Shown in pieces: positions 26,773 to 27,226 of a DNA stretch of 27,226 nucleotides. Every line of letters begins with the position of its first letter. Position 1 is the first letter of the stretch. Below the pieces are notes generated by a model. It had not been told where the DNA came from and ran no database searches. It was given only the letters and a program-made list of their open reading frames with translations. Origin of the DNA: a virus (lineage: Duplodnaviria > Caudoviricetes); IMG/VR virus record IMGVR_UViG_3300025860_000072, positions 1 to 27,226 of that record. One strand, written 5' to 3'. The translations under genes and the position numbers were made by a program.

Positions 26773-27012
26773 TTCGTCAGCGGCTACAATCGCAGACACC
26801 CCATTTAGCTAGTCCGAGTTCTGTTTATAAACCAAGGGATCAGGATCCGAGGTTTAACACCACAACTTTCTCACTCACCTACATCCCGCGTTCGAAAGAG
26901 GTTTCTACAATCAAAGGGGATTGCTCACCTGCTCATTCCACAGGAATAATACCGCTCGACAATCCAGGGAGTTAAAGTGAAGTAAGTATTATTTATACAT
27001 TCTCAACACAGC

Positions 27013-27104
27013 AATTTTCTATTCATCCTTCATAAACAGACTGGCTTCCCCCGAAAGCAAGCTTTCTCCTCCATGGTCTGTTTATTCACTCTTCATAGAA
27101 AATT
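27013..27104. other. 92-nt nested inverted repeat (long irregular hairpin)
   Basis: AATTTTCTAT/ATAGAAAATT (27013-27022/27095-27104), ATAAACAGAC/GTCTGTTTAT (27032-27041/27076-27085), TGG/CCA and GAAAGC/GCTTTC (27053-27058/27061-27066). Confidence 0.85.
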
Positions 27105-27226
27105 CTACATCTCGACAATCGGTTGGAAAAAGTTAAAATTTTTATATTTAATTTGTATAATAACTAACGAGAGAGGTAGGGCGTTTGGTACACCAATCCC
27201 ACATTTGGTAAGTGGCCCCCCCACCT

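Noticed and set aside
26774-26780. Minus-strand CUGACGA resembling a hammerhead ribozyme core
   Set aside because: It is not followed by a stem II closed by GAAA, and no compatible stems I and III were found.
26890-26896. GTTCGAA resembling a tRNA T-loop
   Set aside because: No T-stem, acceptor stem or anticodon arm can be built around it.
26401-27226. CRISPR array or canonical N4 vRNAP hairpin promoter in the end region
   Set aside because: The repeats are only 7-15 bp and irregularly spaced. No 5-7-bp stem with a GC-GNA-GC triloop and N4-like flank was found; GAAAGC-AA-GCTTTC has the wrong loop length.

Overview
This window is the right-hand, late and structural part of an N4-like (Schitoviridae) phage genome, with every real gene on the minus strand. 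In transcription order (right to left) it holds: an ~830-bp structured non-coding end region, a probable small terminase (N4 gp69-like), the large terminase (gp68), a gp67-like head-tail adaptor, and a five-gene lysis cassette (holin, membrane-anchored protein, amidase endolysin, overlapping Rz/Rz1 spanins). These are followed by the portal, gp58- and gp57-like proteins, the major capsid protein, gp55, gp54, gp53, gp52 and gp51 homologues, and a giant virion-encapsidated RNA polymerase (vRNAP). The vRNAP ORF starts at 9049, runs off the left edge after 3016 codons, and is absent from the supplied ORF track because it has no stop in the window. Most notable: (1) the vRNAP carries an intact HExxH...ExxAE zincin-like module N-terminal to the polymerase core, while the zincin site expected C-terminal to the core looks truncated and dead; (2) a 15-bp stem sequesters the vRNAP ribosome-binding site; (3) the gp54-like tail protein has seven repeats with an exact 15-residue period; (4) the end region contains three identical-arm palindromes and a 92-nt hairpin with a symmetric purine-rich internal loop. 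All homology calls come from manual translation, motif recognition and gene order; no searches were run.
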